From an uncultured Thermodesulfobacteriota bacterium (lineage in GTDB: Bacteria; Desulfobacterota; WTBG01; CAIYCZ01; CAIRTM01): a stretch of 64,000 bases of DNA. The notes below the pieces were generated by a model, which was not told where the DNA came from, did no database searches, and saw only the letters and a list, made by a program, of their open reading frames with translations. The translations under genes were made by a program, and so were the position numbers. Shown in pieces: positions 21,244-29,640 of the stretch. The stretch is taken from positions 8,443 through 72,442 of the forward strand of contig CAZFIB010000008.1 of assembly GCA_964518865.1 (NCBI GenBank), read 5' to 3'. The first letter of the stretch is position 1; every line of letters begins with the position of its first letter.

Positions 21244-21900
21244 ATGAAACGATTGGTGAAGACAGCGGCAGGTACGTTTATTATGTTTTTATGCGTCGCA
21301 CAAAATGCTTGTGCGGCTGCCGACTGCAGCATATGGGCGGGAATCTGGGATATTACCTACGATAACGGAACAAAGGCTGTCTGGACCATAGATGCCTATG
21401 ATAACGACCCCGACAGTGAGGTGCTGCTTTGTACCGCTGCCGGCACCGGACAGCTCGATTCCGGAGAAACCCTCCCGATTTACATCATGTATCTCAAATT
21501 CACCAAGAGTTATTATTTTGCCTATTCGGCTGAAAAACCCTCGCGGGATACCCCTGCATTCGACCTCCTGTATGACAACGATCTGTTCGTATCGGAGGAA
21601 GCCTGTTTGACCGGAACGAAGCGGCCGGGCACAGGGGCCGACGATGAAACTCCAGACGATACGCAGTGCATCGCCGTGCAGCTTAGCGGCACAAACAGCT
21701 ACGAGGCCGCCGTCCTGCGGCGGTTCCGTGAGCGGGTCCTGGATAACAGTGCCGCCGGGAAACAGCTGACCCGGTTCTACTACACGCACAGTGATCGTAT
21801 TGCCGTTATGCTCGATAGACATCCGGCGGCATGCCGCATTGCGCGAAAAATCATTGAGCTCTCAACACCCGTACTGGAAACCATGCTGGACAATGAGTAG
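21244..21900 (+). CDS. secreted protein with a conserved C-terminal LRRFRxRVL module (shared with the 39502-41767 product)
   Basis: Signal peptide MKRLVKTAAGTFIMFLCVAQNACA. The C-terminal 65 aa align with the C-terminus of the caspase-like peptidase (LRRFRERVLDNSAAGKQ...DRHP...). Confidence 0.5.
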   Translation: MKRLVKTAAGTFIMFLCVAQNACAAADCSIWAGIWDITYDNGTKAVWTIDAYDNDPDSEVLLCTAAGTGQLDSGETLPIYIMYLKFTKSYYFAYSAEKPSRDTPAFDLLYDNDLFVSEEACLTGTKRPGTGADDETPDDTQCIAVQLSGTNSYEAAVLRRFRERVLDNSAAGKQLTRFYYTHSDRIAVMLDRHPAACRIARKIIELSTPVLETMLDNE

Positions 21901-22072
21901 TTTGTAAAATGAAAAACGGCTCAACGCTTTTCATATACGGTTCCGCAGAATACCGCGGTGTAAACGTAATCTGTTATCGCCCGCCGCCGTCCTGCAGTCC
22001 TGATATGCCCGTCTGAAGGCAATGGTACAAAATATGTTTTCAAACAATGAACTCCTGCGCACCAAAGAGGTC

Positions 22073-24211
22073 ATGATGCACGTAAAGCGAATTGCACCGA
22101 CACTTGTCGCCCTGATGCTGTTTTCGGTACCGAACGCTTTTTCTCAGCCCGCCGATAATGGCACCCGACAAAATACGTACCATCTCGGCGATATCACCGT
22201 TACAGCGACCCGCTATGAAAAAGATGTTTATGAAACCGCTGTGCCGACTTCGGTTATTGACCGTGAAGCAATAGAGGATCGTGCGCCCCGCTCAATGGGG
22301 GATCTGCTGAGCAGCATACCGGGCGTTTACGCCGCCGAGGACGGCGCCCTCAGCACGGGCAAACCCGTCATTCGCGGCTTCTACGGCAGCCGGGTACAGG
22401 TACTGATCGACGGGCAGCGCCTGCAAAGTTCTCTGGGGGGCATCTGGGGCGGTCCCGAAGTGTCGCTGGTCGATCCGGATTTGCTTGAACGCGTGGAAGT
22501 CGTGTACGGCCCGGCGTCATCCCTCTACGGTTCGGATGCTATCGGGGGGACGATCAATCTCATAACCCGCCGGGCGCAGCTGTCCGATACCCCGTATCGT
22601 TCATGCTCTCTCTCCACCTATTATACGAGCAACGGCAAGGGAAACCGCGAAACCCTCCGAGCGGAAACCGGTTCCCGAACGTGGGCTGTCGGCCTCAGCG
22701 CAACCAACCGCCAAAGCAATGATTACCATGCTCCCGATGGAAAAATGCAAAACAGCGGCATGAAGATGCGAAGCGGCGGGCTGGATATAACCCTGATGCC
22801 GGCAAAAAACCATACCCTCGTGATTACCGCACAGGCAAACCGTAATCGCGATCTCGAGCGGCCTCCCTCGGTATCACCGGTTGCCGTAACCGAGATCGAA
22901 ACAAGCGATTATAACCGCAGAAAACTGGGAATCGACTACACATGGTCCGATATAACACGGCATATTTCCGCACTGACCCTCAAAGCCTATTACCAGAAAG
23001 ACGATGCCGATTTCACGTTTCACGGAGACATCCGTCCCGTGCTGTTTCTTGCCGTCGACACGTTCAGCCGCGGCGACAGCGAGCTTGAAACATTCGGTCT
23101 GCAGGGCCAGGTGAACGCCGGCCTGCATAGTGCGATCCGTACCGTGGCCGGGTTCGACTACTACTATAACAGTTCCGGCCCCAACCGAACCGACAGCAGA
23201 ACCCTTACACGCATTTTCGACATGGCACGTCCCGCCGAGTACTCCACCGATATCGCCGAAGACGGCAAAGCCGACAGCCTCGGTATCTTTATGCACAACG
23301 AGTTCTTCATTTCATTACGCTTAGCCGTCACATTCGGCATACGCTACGACTGGTACCGGTCGAGAATTTCATATCACGGCGATGACCCCTCTGCGGGCAA
23401 ACGCTCGGGTTCGGACAGTGCCCTTACCGGTTCGCTGGCGATATCATATGAATTTTTCAAAGGCCTGCGGTGGTATGCCAACCTGGCCCGCGGATTTCGT
23501 GCCCCGACCCTGCGGGATTTATACTACCGCGGACCGGTTCCCGGAGGTCTGCTCTCAAAGGGTAACCCCGCACTCGATCCGGAAACATGCCTTACGGTCA
23601 CGACCGGATTCAAGGTCAAATCAAAACGTATTACCGGCGCGCTGAACATCTTCAGAAGCGATGTCGACGATCTCATTCTCAGCGTCAACCAGCACGAGGC
23701 CGGCGATCCGGCCGGGGGCAGCGTAAGCAAGGACAATCTCGGCGAGGCACGGCTTTGGGGGGTCGAGGTGTGGTTCAGCAGCATGGTCTCCGAAAGCTTG
23801 ACGTACGACCTGGCCTTTACCTACACACAGGGCAAAGATATGACGAACAGGTGGCCGCTGCAGGCGATTCCCCCGGCCCGGCTGAAGCAGTCACTGCGCT
23901 GGCAGCGTGAAGGCATACTGTTCGCGGGCAAGCCGCTGTGGGGGGAAATAGTCTGCACCTACCGTTTTCATCAGAACCGCATCGCCCGTGACTGGGATAC
24001 CCAACGCATGAAAACACCGGGCCATGCCCGGTGGGATTTCCGCTGCGGTGCACATCTCCCCTCTCTTTTCGCCGACGAAACACTTGAACTCTACCTGGCC
24101 CTCACGAATATCACCGATAAGCGCTATACCGAATTTCCGCTTTATGATGGCTACGATCTTTTGACGATGCCCGGCATAGGCGCCACCATGGGTCTCAGGA
24201 TACGCTTCTGA
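22073..24211 (+). CDS. TonB-dependent outer-membrane receptor
   Basis: Signal peptide, plug domain (ITVTATRYEKDVYETAVPTSVIDREAIEDRAP... RVEVVYGPASSLYGSDAIGGTINLITR) and a terminal beta-barrel ending in RF. The ORF opens at 22022; Met 22073 precedes the signal peptide. Confidence 0.8.
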   Translation: MMHVKRIAPTLVALMLFSVPNAFSQPADNGTRQNTYHLGDITVTATRYEKDVYETAVPTSVIDREAIEDRAPRSMGDLLSSIPGVYAAEDGALSTGKPVIRGFYGSRVQVLIDGQRLQSSLGGIWGGPEVSLVDPDLLERVEVVYGPASSLYGSDAIGGTINLITRRAQLSDTPYRSCSLSTYYTSNGKGNRETLRAETGSRTWAVGLSATNRQSNDYHAPDGKMQNSGMKMRSGGLDITLMPAKNHTLVITAQANRNRDLERPPSVSPVAVTEIETSDYNRRKLGIDYTWSDITRHISALTLKAYYQKDDADFTFHGDIRPVLFLAVDTFSRGDSELETFGLQGQVNAGLHSAIRTVAGFDYYYNSSGPNRTDSRTLTRIFDMARPAEYSTDIAEDGKADSLGIFMHNEFFISLRLAVTFGIRYDWYRSRISYHGDDPSAGKRSGSDSALTGSLAISYEFFKGLRWYANLARGFRAPTLRDLYYRGPVPGGLLSKGNPALDPETCLTVTTGFKVKSKRITGALNIFRSDVDDLILSVNQHEAGDPAGGSVSKDNLGEARLWGVEVWFSSMVSESLTYDLAFTYTQGKDMTNRWPLQAIPPARLKQSLRWQREGILFAGKPLWGEIVCTYRFHQNRIARDWDTQRMKTPGHARWDFRCGAHLPSLFADETLELYLALTNITDKRYTEFPLYDGYDLLTMPGIGATMGLRIRF

Positions 24212-24352
24212 CCTTCCATTTGACAGAGCACCCGCGAACTGCTATTTTTTTTCTATTAACCGAATTAACCGAACAGCATAGTGCGGAAAGACAGCACACC
24301 CGCAGACAGGGTGTGCCTCCATAATAACTCTTATGCGGCGGGGCATGAACGT

Positions 24353-24766
24353 ATGTCGACCACCATCCGTTTCGGGGTATCGCTCGACAAAGCTCTGCTT
24401 GAAAAATTCGACAAGCTTATCAGTGAACGGGGATATACCAATCGCTCGGAAGCGCTGCGCGACCTTATTCGCGACGAACTGGTGAGAAGGGAATGGCTGT
24501 CGGGTGACGACGTGGCCGGCACCATTACCCTTGTGTATGACCACCATACCCGGGAGCTTACGACGAAGCTTACCGACATTCAGCATCATCATCATGATGT
24601 CATTATCTCTACGCAGCATATCCATCTCGACCATCGCAATTGTCTTGAAATCATCGCGGCCAGGGGCCTGCCGCGGAAAATCGAGAAGCTTGCCGCTCAG
24701 CTCAAAGCGACCCGCGGGGTAAAACACAGTTCGCTCTGCATGGCGACGACCGGTAAAAATCTGTAA
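24353..24766 (+). CDS. nikR: nickel-responsive transcriptional regulator NikR
   Basis: N-terminal ribbon-helix-helix (IRFGVSLDKALLEKFDKLISERGYTNRSEALRDLIRDEL) plus a C-terminal His-rich metal-binding ACT-like domain (DIQHHHHDVIISTQHIHLDH..C). Chosen start is Met 24353. Confidence 0.75.
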   Translation: MSTTIRFGVSLDKALLEKFDKLISERGYTNRSEALRDLIRDELVRREWLSGDDVAGTITLVYDHHTRELTTKLTDIQHHHHDVIISTQHIHLDHRNCLEIIAARGLPRKIEKLAAQLKATRGVKHSSLCMATTGKNL

Positions 24767-24808
24767 TGACAGGGGCCGCGTGTCAATCGGTCAATTTGTA
24801 TCTGGTAA

Positions 24809-24858
24809 GGTAATATAGTAATATAGAGTAATATAGAGTAATATAGGAGTAATATAGG
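24809..24858. repeat. microsatellite: about 5 tandem copies of GTAATATAG(A/G)
   Basis: GGTAATATAGTAATATAGAGTAATATAGAGTAATATAGGAGTAATATAGGGA directly abuts the left inverted repeat of the transposase unit. Confidence 0.6.
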
Positions 24859-25598
24859 GACACTTCCCGTATTACCTTTTTTGTTTTGGACGGCCCGCTT
24901 TTCCGGGCATGAGCGTGCGCGAAACGGCGCGCTCGATCCTCTTTATGAACCGGTCATCACCCAAAGGCCTCCCGGTCGATGTCGCTCGTCTGATCAATCG
25001 TTCCGTACCATCATCTGTCTGCTGTAAAAACCGTTTATACTCTTTGCGTTCTGCATCGCCAAGCCACTGATAACTGTGCACCAGGTCATCACCCCTGTTG
25101 GTGATAGTAGCCCTGCAGCTGGACCATACATAGTCTTCGGCTCGCGCGACAAGACGTGCCTTGACGGGATTTGTCTCGATATAGCGAGCCACCGCCATGA
25201 CATACCGCTCGGTTTCGACCACGGTTGAAAAAAATCGGTTCTGCCATAATCTGCCGCTGCGCTGGTATTTTTTATTGATGTGCTGCGTATACAGCAGATT
25301 GGTCCTGCCGATACTCACTGCAAGAGACTCGGCTTTCACGGGTACGGCAAGAAGATGAACGTGATTGTTCATAAGGCAATAGGCCCAAATCGCCACCCCG
25401 TTTTTCAAACAGTAGGTTTTGAGTATCTGAAGATAGCAACGCCGGTCTTCGTCATCAAAGAAAACATCCGCGCGGTTATTGCCACGCTGGGTTATGTGGT
25501 GCGGATACTTCGGTACGACGACACGGGCTATTCGCGGCATACACCCTTTCTACTTCGACATCAGACATCTGTCAACAAATTAATGAGGGAAGTGTCCC
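24857..25598. mobile_element. second IR-bounded Y1 transposase unit (12-bp inverted repeats GGGACACTTCCC / GGGAAGTGTCCC)
   Basis: 24857-24868 is the reverse complement of 25587-25598. The right repeat is present in three copies because of the adjacent tandem duplication. Confidence 0.5.
24872..25540 (-). CDS. Y1 HUH transposase, IS200-like/RAYT family (transposase_17)
   Basis: ITQRGNNRADVF...AYCLMNNHVHLL (HUH)...YIETNPVKARL; 222 aa. Confidence 0.75.
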   Translation of the reverse strand: MPRIARVVVPKYPHHITQRGNNRADVFFDDEDRRCYLQILKTYCLKNGVAIWAYCLMNNHVHLLAVPVKAESLAVSIGRTNLLYTQHINKKYQRSGRLWQNRFFSTVVETERYVMAVARYIETNPVKARLVARAEDYVWSSCRATITNRGDDLVHSYQWLGDAERKEYKRFLQQTDDGTERLIRRATSTGRPLGDDRFIKRIERAVSRTLMPGKAGRPKQKR

Positions 25599-25853
25599 TG
25601 AATTTCCCAAACAGTAGGTTTTGAGTATCTGAAGATAGCAACGCCGGTCTTCGTCATCAAAGAAAACATCCGCGCGGTTATTGCCACGCTGGGTTATGTG
25701 GTGCGGATACTTCGGTACGACGACACGGGCTATTCGCGGCATACACCCTTTCTACTTCGACATCAGACATCTGTCAACAAATTAATGAGGGAAGTGTCCC
25801 TGCATTTCCGACATCAGACATCTGTCAACAAATTAATGAGGGAAGTGTCCCTG
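25406..25853. repeat. tandem duplication with a 202-bp period (two 195-bp copies plus a 45-bp third partial copy) covering the 5' end and upstream region of the transposase gene
   Basis: 25406-25600 equals 25608-25802 almost base for base. 25809-25853 repeats the last 45 bp (CGACATCAGACATCTGTCAACAAATTAATGAGGGAAGTGTCCCTG). Confidence 0.85.
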
Positions 25854-25908
25854 CATTTCCTGCATTTCCTTTATTTTTCTTCCGTGTGCAAGGCATGGTT
25901 CGGCATGA

Positions 25909-26127
25909 TCAATTTCTTGATCTTGACTCTTTTATTGCATTAAGAATGTCTTTGGTAGTTGCTCGCGTAGTAATGCCTGGAACATCGAAAGGGGATTTGG
26001 GACTTTTCTTAAATATGATAGAAAATGATTCCCCACCTCTCCGTTTTATAACGACTTCTTCAGTGCGTGCGATGTTGAGCACTTCAGAAAAGCGTTGTCT
26101 TGCTTCGGAATATGTATAAACTTTCAT
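25909..26127 (-). CDS. Phd/YefM-family antitoxin
   Basis: MKVYTYSEARQRFSEVLNIARTEEVVIKRRGGESFSII is typical YefM/Phd. Sits immediately downstream of the PIN gene. Confidence 0.7.
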   Translation of the reverse strand: MKVYTYSEARQRFSEVLNIARTEEVVIKRRGGESFSIIFKKSPKSPFDVPGITTRATTKDILNAIKESRSRN

Positions 26128-26132
26128 AGTGT

Positions 26133-26522
26133 CTACTCCAAGACTAAAATACCCATTTCCTGAGCGATTTTTTGCATGCCATGGTCTAGGGTAATTAACG
26201 GGCATTTTAAGCTGCCCGCACATTCTAGAAAATATGCATCATATGCATAAATGTTAAAAGTCGCCGCTATGTTTAATGCGGATTTAATATCAATGTGCCT
26301 CAATTCCACAGGTATATGTTGAATAATCTCCCACGATGTTTGAATTTCATCTGAGTTCAATGTGCCTTTTTTCATCATTGCAGTCAGCGCATTACCAATT
26401 TCAAACGGTAATACATCAGGTGCCACTAAATCACAGCCTTCGGTAAGTTGAATAATCTTGTTTTTTTCCGGCTCATTAAGAGCAACCGCAATAAATGTAT
26501 TTGTATCAGCTGTTATTTTCAT
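26133..26522 (-). CDS. PIN-domain (VapC-like) toxin
   Basis: 129 aa. N-terminal ITADTNTFIAVAL with later acidic residues. Paired 5 nt upstream of the Phd-type gene. Confidence 0.55.
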   Translation of the reverse strand: MKITADTNTFIAVALNEPEKNKIIQLTEGCDLVAPDVLPFEIGNALTAMMKKGTLNSDEIQTSWEIIQHIPVELRHIDIKSALNIAATFNIYAYDAYFLECAGSLKCPLITLDHGMQKIAQEMGILVLE

Positions 26523-26744
26523 GCGTACAATTGTACCTTATTTGATAATGTTGTCAAGCCAAACAGCCAAACGCTAAAAATATAGCGTTTCATTAAACAG
26601 GTGACTGTCCCGATTTTGTCCAAAGCAAGAAATGTTTTCCCGCCGGACGAGGTCACTGTCTTGCGGCTGCATTTTTGTTGACACCCACTCCCCTTGTGCC
26701 TATACTTTTTGCATCCCAAAGCACATTCCTAGCAATGCAAATCA

Positions 26745-27503
26745 ATGGATATAACCATCCTTCCCGTACTGTCGGATAATTACTGCTACCTTCTGCGCAA
26801 CGGAGATCAGGCAGCTGCGGTCGACCCCGGGGAGGCAGGGCCCGTTCTGAAGGCACTTCAGAAAATAAACGCCCGCTTGCGGTTCGTACTGCTGACCCAT
26901 CATCATGCCGACCATTGCGGCGGAGCCCGGGACCTTCACACGGCAACCGGCTGCGATATACTCGGCTCCGATGCCGGGCGCATGCCTCTGACCGTATCCG
27001 TTACCGACGGCACCGAACTGTCTCTTGAATCCTCAACGTTCCGCGTCATTGCCACACCGGGGCACACACTCGATCACGTTTGTTATTACCTCACCGGGAC
27101 CGATGAGCAGGCGCCGTCCGCCTTTACCGGGGATACGCTGTTTTCAGGCGGCTGCGGCCGCTTTTTCGAAGGAACACCCGAAATGATGCTCGAATCGCTT
27201 AAAAAAATTACCGCGCTTCCCCCCGAGACCCTCGTATACTGCGGACACGAATACACGGTGGGAAACTATTCTTTTGCCGTTTCGGTCGAGCCCGACAACA
27301 AGGCCCCCGGCAGGCGGCTCGAAGCAGCGAAGTCTGCCCGGGCACAGGGACGGCCGACGGTTCCTGCCGTGCTCGGCGATGAACTGCACTGCAACCCGTT
27401 TCTGAGAACCGCCGACACAGTGCTCAGGTCTGCACTCGGCATGGTGCAGGATTCCGATGCAGCGGTTCTGGCGGAACTGCGCAAGCGTAAAAATGCATAC
27501 TGA
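26745..27503 (+). CDS. gloB: hydroxyacylglutathione hydrolase (glyoxalase II), metallo-beta-lactamase fold
   Basis: LSDNYCYLL...LLTHHHADHCGG...TPGHTLDHVCYY...CGHEYT over the full length. Confidence 0.85.
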   Translation: MDITILPVLSDNYCYLLRNGDQAAAVDPGEAGPVLKALQKINARLRFVLLTHHHADHCGGARDLHTATGCDILGSDAGRMPLTVSVTDGTELSLESSTFRVIATPGHTLDHVCYYLTGTDEQAPSAFTGDTLFSGGCGRFFEGTPEMMLESLKKITALPPETLVYCGHEYTVGNYSFAVSVEPDNKAPGRRLEAAKSARAQGRPTVPAVLGDELHCNPFLRTADTVLRSALGMVQDSDAAVLAELRKRKNAY

Positions 27504-27518
27504 AAGGAGCACACCTCT

Positions 27519-27953
27519 ATGAAACAGGCGCCTTTTACAACAGAACCGGCCGTGCTGGTGCTCATAATATTCCTGTGCCTTCAGGCCTGCTCTGAAAAAG
27601 CCGATCCGCCCGGCCCGCAGGACTTCCAGCTTAACCTCAACCGGCCGGAAATATACGAGCATGAGGTCAGCGTCAACGGCGGGGTGGTCGTCCCGGTTGA
27701 TACAATCCGGTGGGACTGGGGAGACGGTACGGTCAGCAAACACCAGTTTTTTCCGGCATCGCACGTCTATGAACAGCCCGGAACCTATACCATTACGGTC
27801 ACTGTTTTCGACCGGTACGGTACGACAGCCCGAAAAACCGTTACTGCCGTCGTGCCGCCCGTCGCCCCTGAGTCAGATGAAGGCCCGCACGAGCAGCCCG
27901 ATGTTGGCAAGCACGAGAAAGGCAAAGCCGACAAGATTGATACCGTACAGTAA
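27519..27953 (+). CDS. lipoprotein with a PKD domain
   Basis: Lipobox LCLQAC. PKD signature WDWGDGT...HVYEQPGTYTITVTV. RBS GAAAGGAG. Confidence 0.6.
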   Translation: MKQAPFTTEPAVLVLIIFLCLQACSEKADPPGPQDFQLNLNRPEIYEHEVSVNGGVVVPVDTIRWDWGDGTVSKHQFFPASHVYEQPGTYTITVTVFDRYGTTARKTVTAVVPPVAPESDEGPHEQPDVGKHEKGKADKIDTVQ

Positions 27954-29342
27954 AAACGAGGCAAACGTTAAAACGACCATTATAAAAACAAAAATCGATA
28001 TGAGCGTTTTGATGAATTTTTTCCGCCTGAGCTGTTCATTCTGCCGTTTTGTGCGTTCTTTCATTTCCTGCTCCATGCGCTCTTTCAGCTCGGCTTTCAT
28101 GCGCTCCTCTTCCTCTGAACGCCTGCGCTCCTCTTCGATTTTTGTTTTCAGCTCATCCTCATCCTGTTCGCGCTTCTCATTCTGACGCTTTTTCTGCTGT
28201 GAGTTCCGGTCAAGTTCGGCCTTACGCGCGGCATCATCGATGAGCACAAGCGCATTCATGCACTGTTCTGCATCACCCCCGTCGAGCACGTCTTTGGCTG
28301 CTGCGATCCGGTCGTCGGCAAGCATACGCATGGCATCGCTGAAGGGCTCATCCCCCTGCAGAAGCTTCTCGAGTCCACTGACATCCTTTTTTAAAATCTC
28401 GTAAAAAACCGGTCGCAGATCGTCCTGAAACACATGAAAGTCCTTGTCGTCCTTCAGTCTGTGGCAGTATCCGACCCCGCCCTGCTCCAGCAAATGACGC
28501 AGGTGCGCAGACGCATCATCCGAACTTCCCACCAGCGCGTGAAGCTTCATAAGACAGTAATGCGCTTCTGCAAAACCGGGCTCTTTTTCAAGCGCTCGCT
28601 TGATCCAGGTGATCGACTCCTGCAGGTTTCCGAAAACCGCAGCGGAAAGCCAGCCGGAGTAAAAACAGCCGCGTGCGGCAATGGGTGCCAGTGCGGCATC
28701 GTCCGCAGAGGATGTGTAGCACAAGTTGTAATTGTCCCAGGCTTTGGTAAAATCACGATATTTCGGCTGGTAGTGCAGAACGTGACCGATGTGCAGATAG
28801 ACGATCGGATTCTGCCTGTGCAAATCGATTGCCTTGGTCAGGAGCCGCAGCGATTCTTTGCACGCATCGGTCTGATCGGTCCCTTTCCACGCAGCAGCGT
28901 ACACTTCCAGCGCCTTTGCCATATGCGTAACGGCATCGTTTTTTTTGAGTTTTTTCAAAACGGTTATGATGTTCTGCAAACCATTGTGAAATTCGCGCCG
29001 GTTCATCTCGAATATCAGCAGCACACCGCCCATAGCGACAGCATAATCATGCCGAAGGCCGGACATCCCCTCGGCGAGGATTGACGGATCATACCACACG
29101 ACGGACTCATCCTTTTTGAGTTCTCCGGTCATGTGCCAGGTTCCGTCTGTCAAGTGCTCGCCGAAGGCTTCGCGCAGCCTGTCATTGACAAGCAGCATAC
29201 CGTCCTGCGTGCTGCCTATATATCTGAAGTTGTCAAGATACGAGTCATAGGTGTTGTGTAAATCATGCAGAAAAGGATAGGTTGTATATGTCATAGGGGC
29301 GAATTCCCAGAGAATTGGCCGCATAACGTATCGTGCGTGCAT
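27873..29342 (-). CDS. hypothetical tail-anchored membrane protein with a long charged coiled-coil segment
   Basis: 489 aa. Helical-repeat-like N-terminal domain, a KE/R-rich coiled coil (EEERRRSEEEERMKAELKERMEQEMKER), C-terminal TM helix. The 3' end overlaps the convergent PKD gene by 81 nt. Confidence 0.45.
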   Translation of the reverse strand: MHARYVMRPILWEFAPMTYTTYPFLHDLHNTYDSYLDNFRYIGSTQDGMLLVNDRLREAFGEHLTDGTWHMTGELKKDESVVWYDPSILAEGMSGLRHDYAVAMGGVLLIFEMNRREFHNGLQNIITVLKKLKKNDAVTHMAKALEVYAAAWKGTDQTDACKESLRLLTKAIDLHRQNPIVYLHIGHVLHYQPKYRDFTKAWDNYNLCYTSSADDAALAPIAARGCFYSGWLSAAVFGNLQESITWIKRALEKEPGFAEAHYCLMKLHALVGSSDDASAHLRHLLEQGGVGYCHRLKDDKDFHVFQDDLRPVFYEILKKDVSGLEKLLQGDEPFSDAMRMLADDRIAAAKDVLDGGDAEQCMNALVLIDDAARKAELDRNSQQKKRQNEKREQDEDELKTKIEEERRRSEEEERMKAELKERMEQEMKERTKRQNEQLRRKKFIKTLISIFVFIMVVLTFASFLLYGINLVGFAFLVLANIGLLVRAFI

Positions 29343-29432
29343 TTTTTCACATCTGTCTGTCGGCGTCCAGTATTATTTTACCTGGCGGGTATACGGCTTT
29401 AGTGAATACAGAGCATATACTGCTTTTTGGCG

Positions 29433-29462
29433 TTGACACCCGCCGGCACCTTGGTCTATAGT
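29433..29462 (+). promoter_or_regulatory. sigma70-type promoter TTGACA-N18-TATAGT driving the kinase operon
   Basis: Consensus -35 at 29433-29438 and near-consensus -10 at 29457-29462, leaving an approximately 170-nt leader before ATG 29641. Confidence 0.45.
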
Positions 29463-29640
29463 CCACTGAGAGCAACGCAACGGAACCGGTGCGATGAAAA
29501 ACAGAACAGCCTTCAAAACCGTGCGATCCTGTTGTGCTTCCCGGCGTGCGCAAACCAGGTTGCTTCCCCCCTCCGGCGCATGTCAACCAGTCTCTCTTCA
29601 GACACACAAAACGAAAACACACTCGAGGCGTCTTTGAGAC

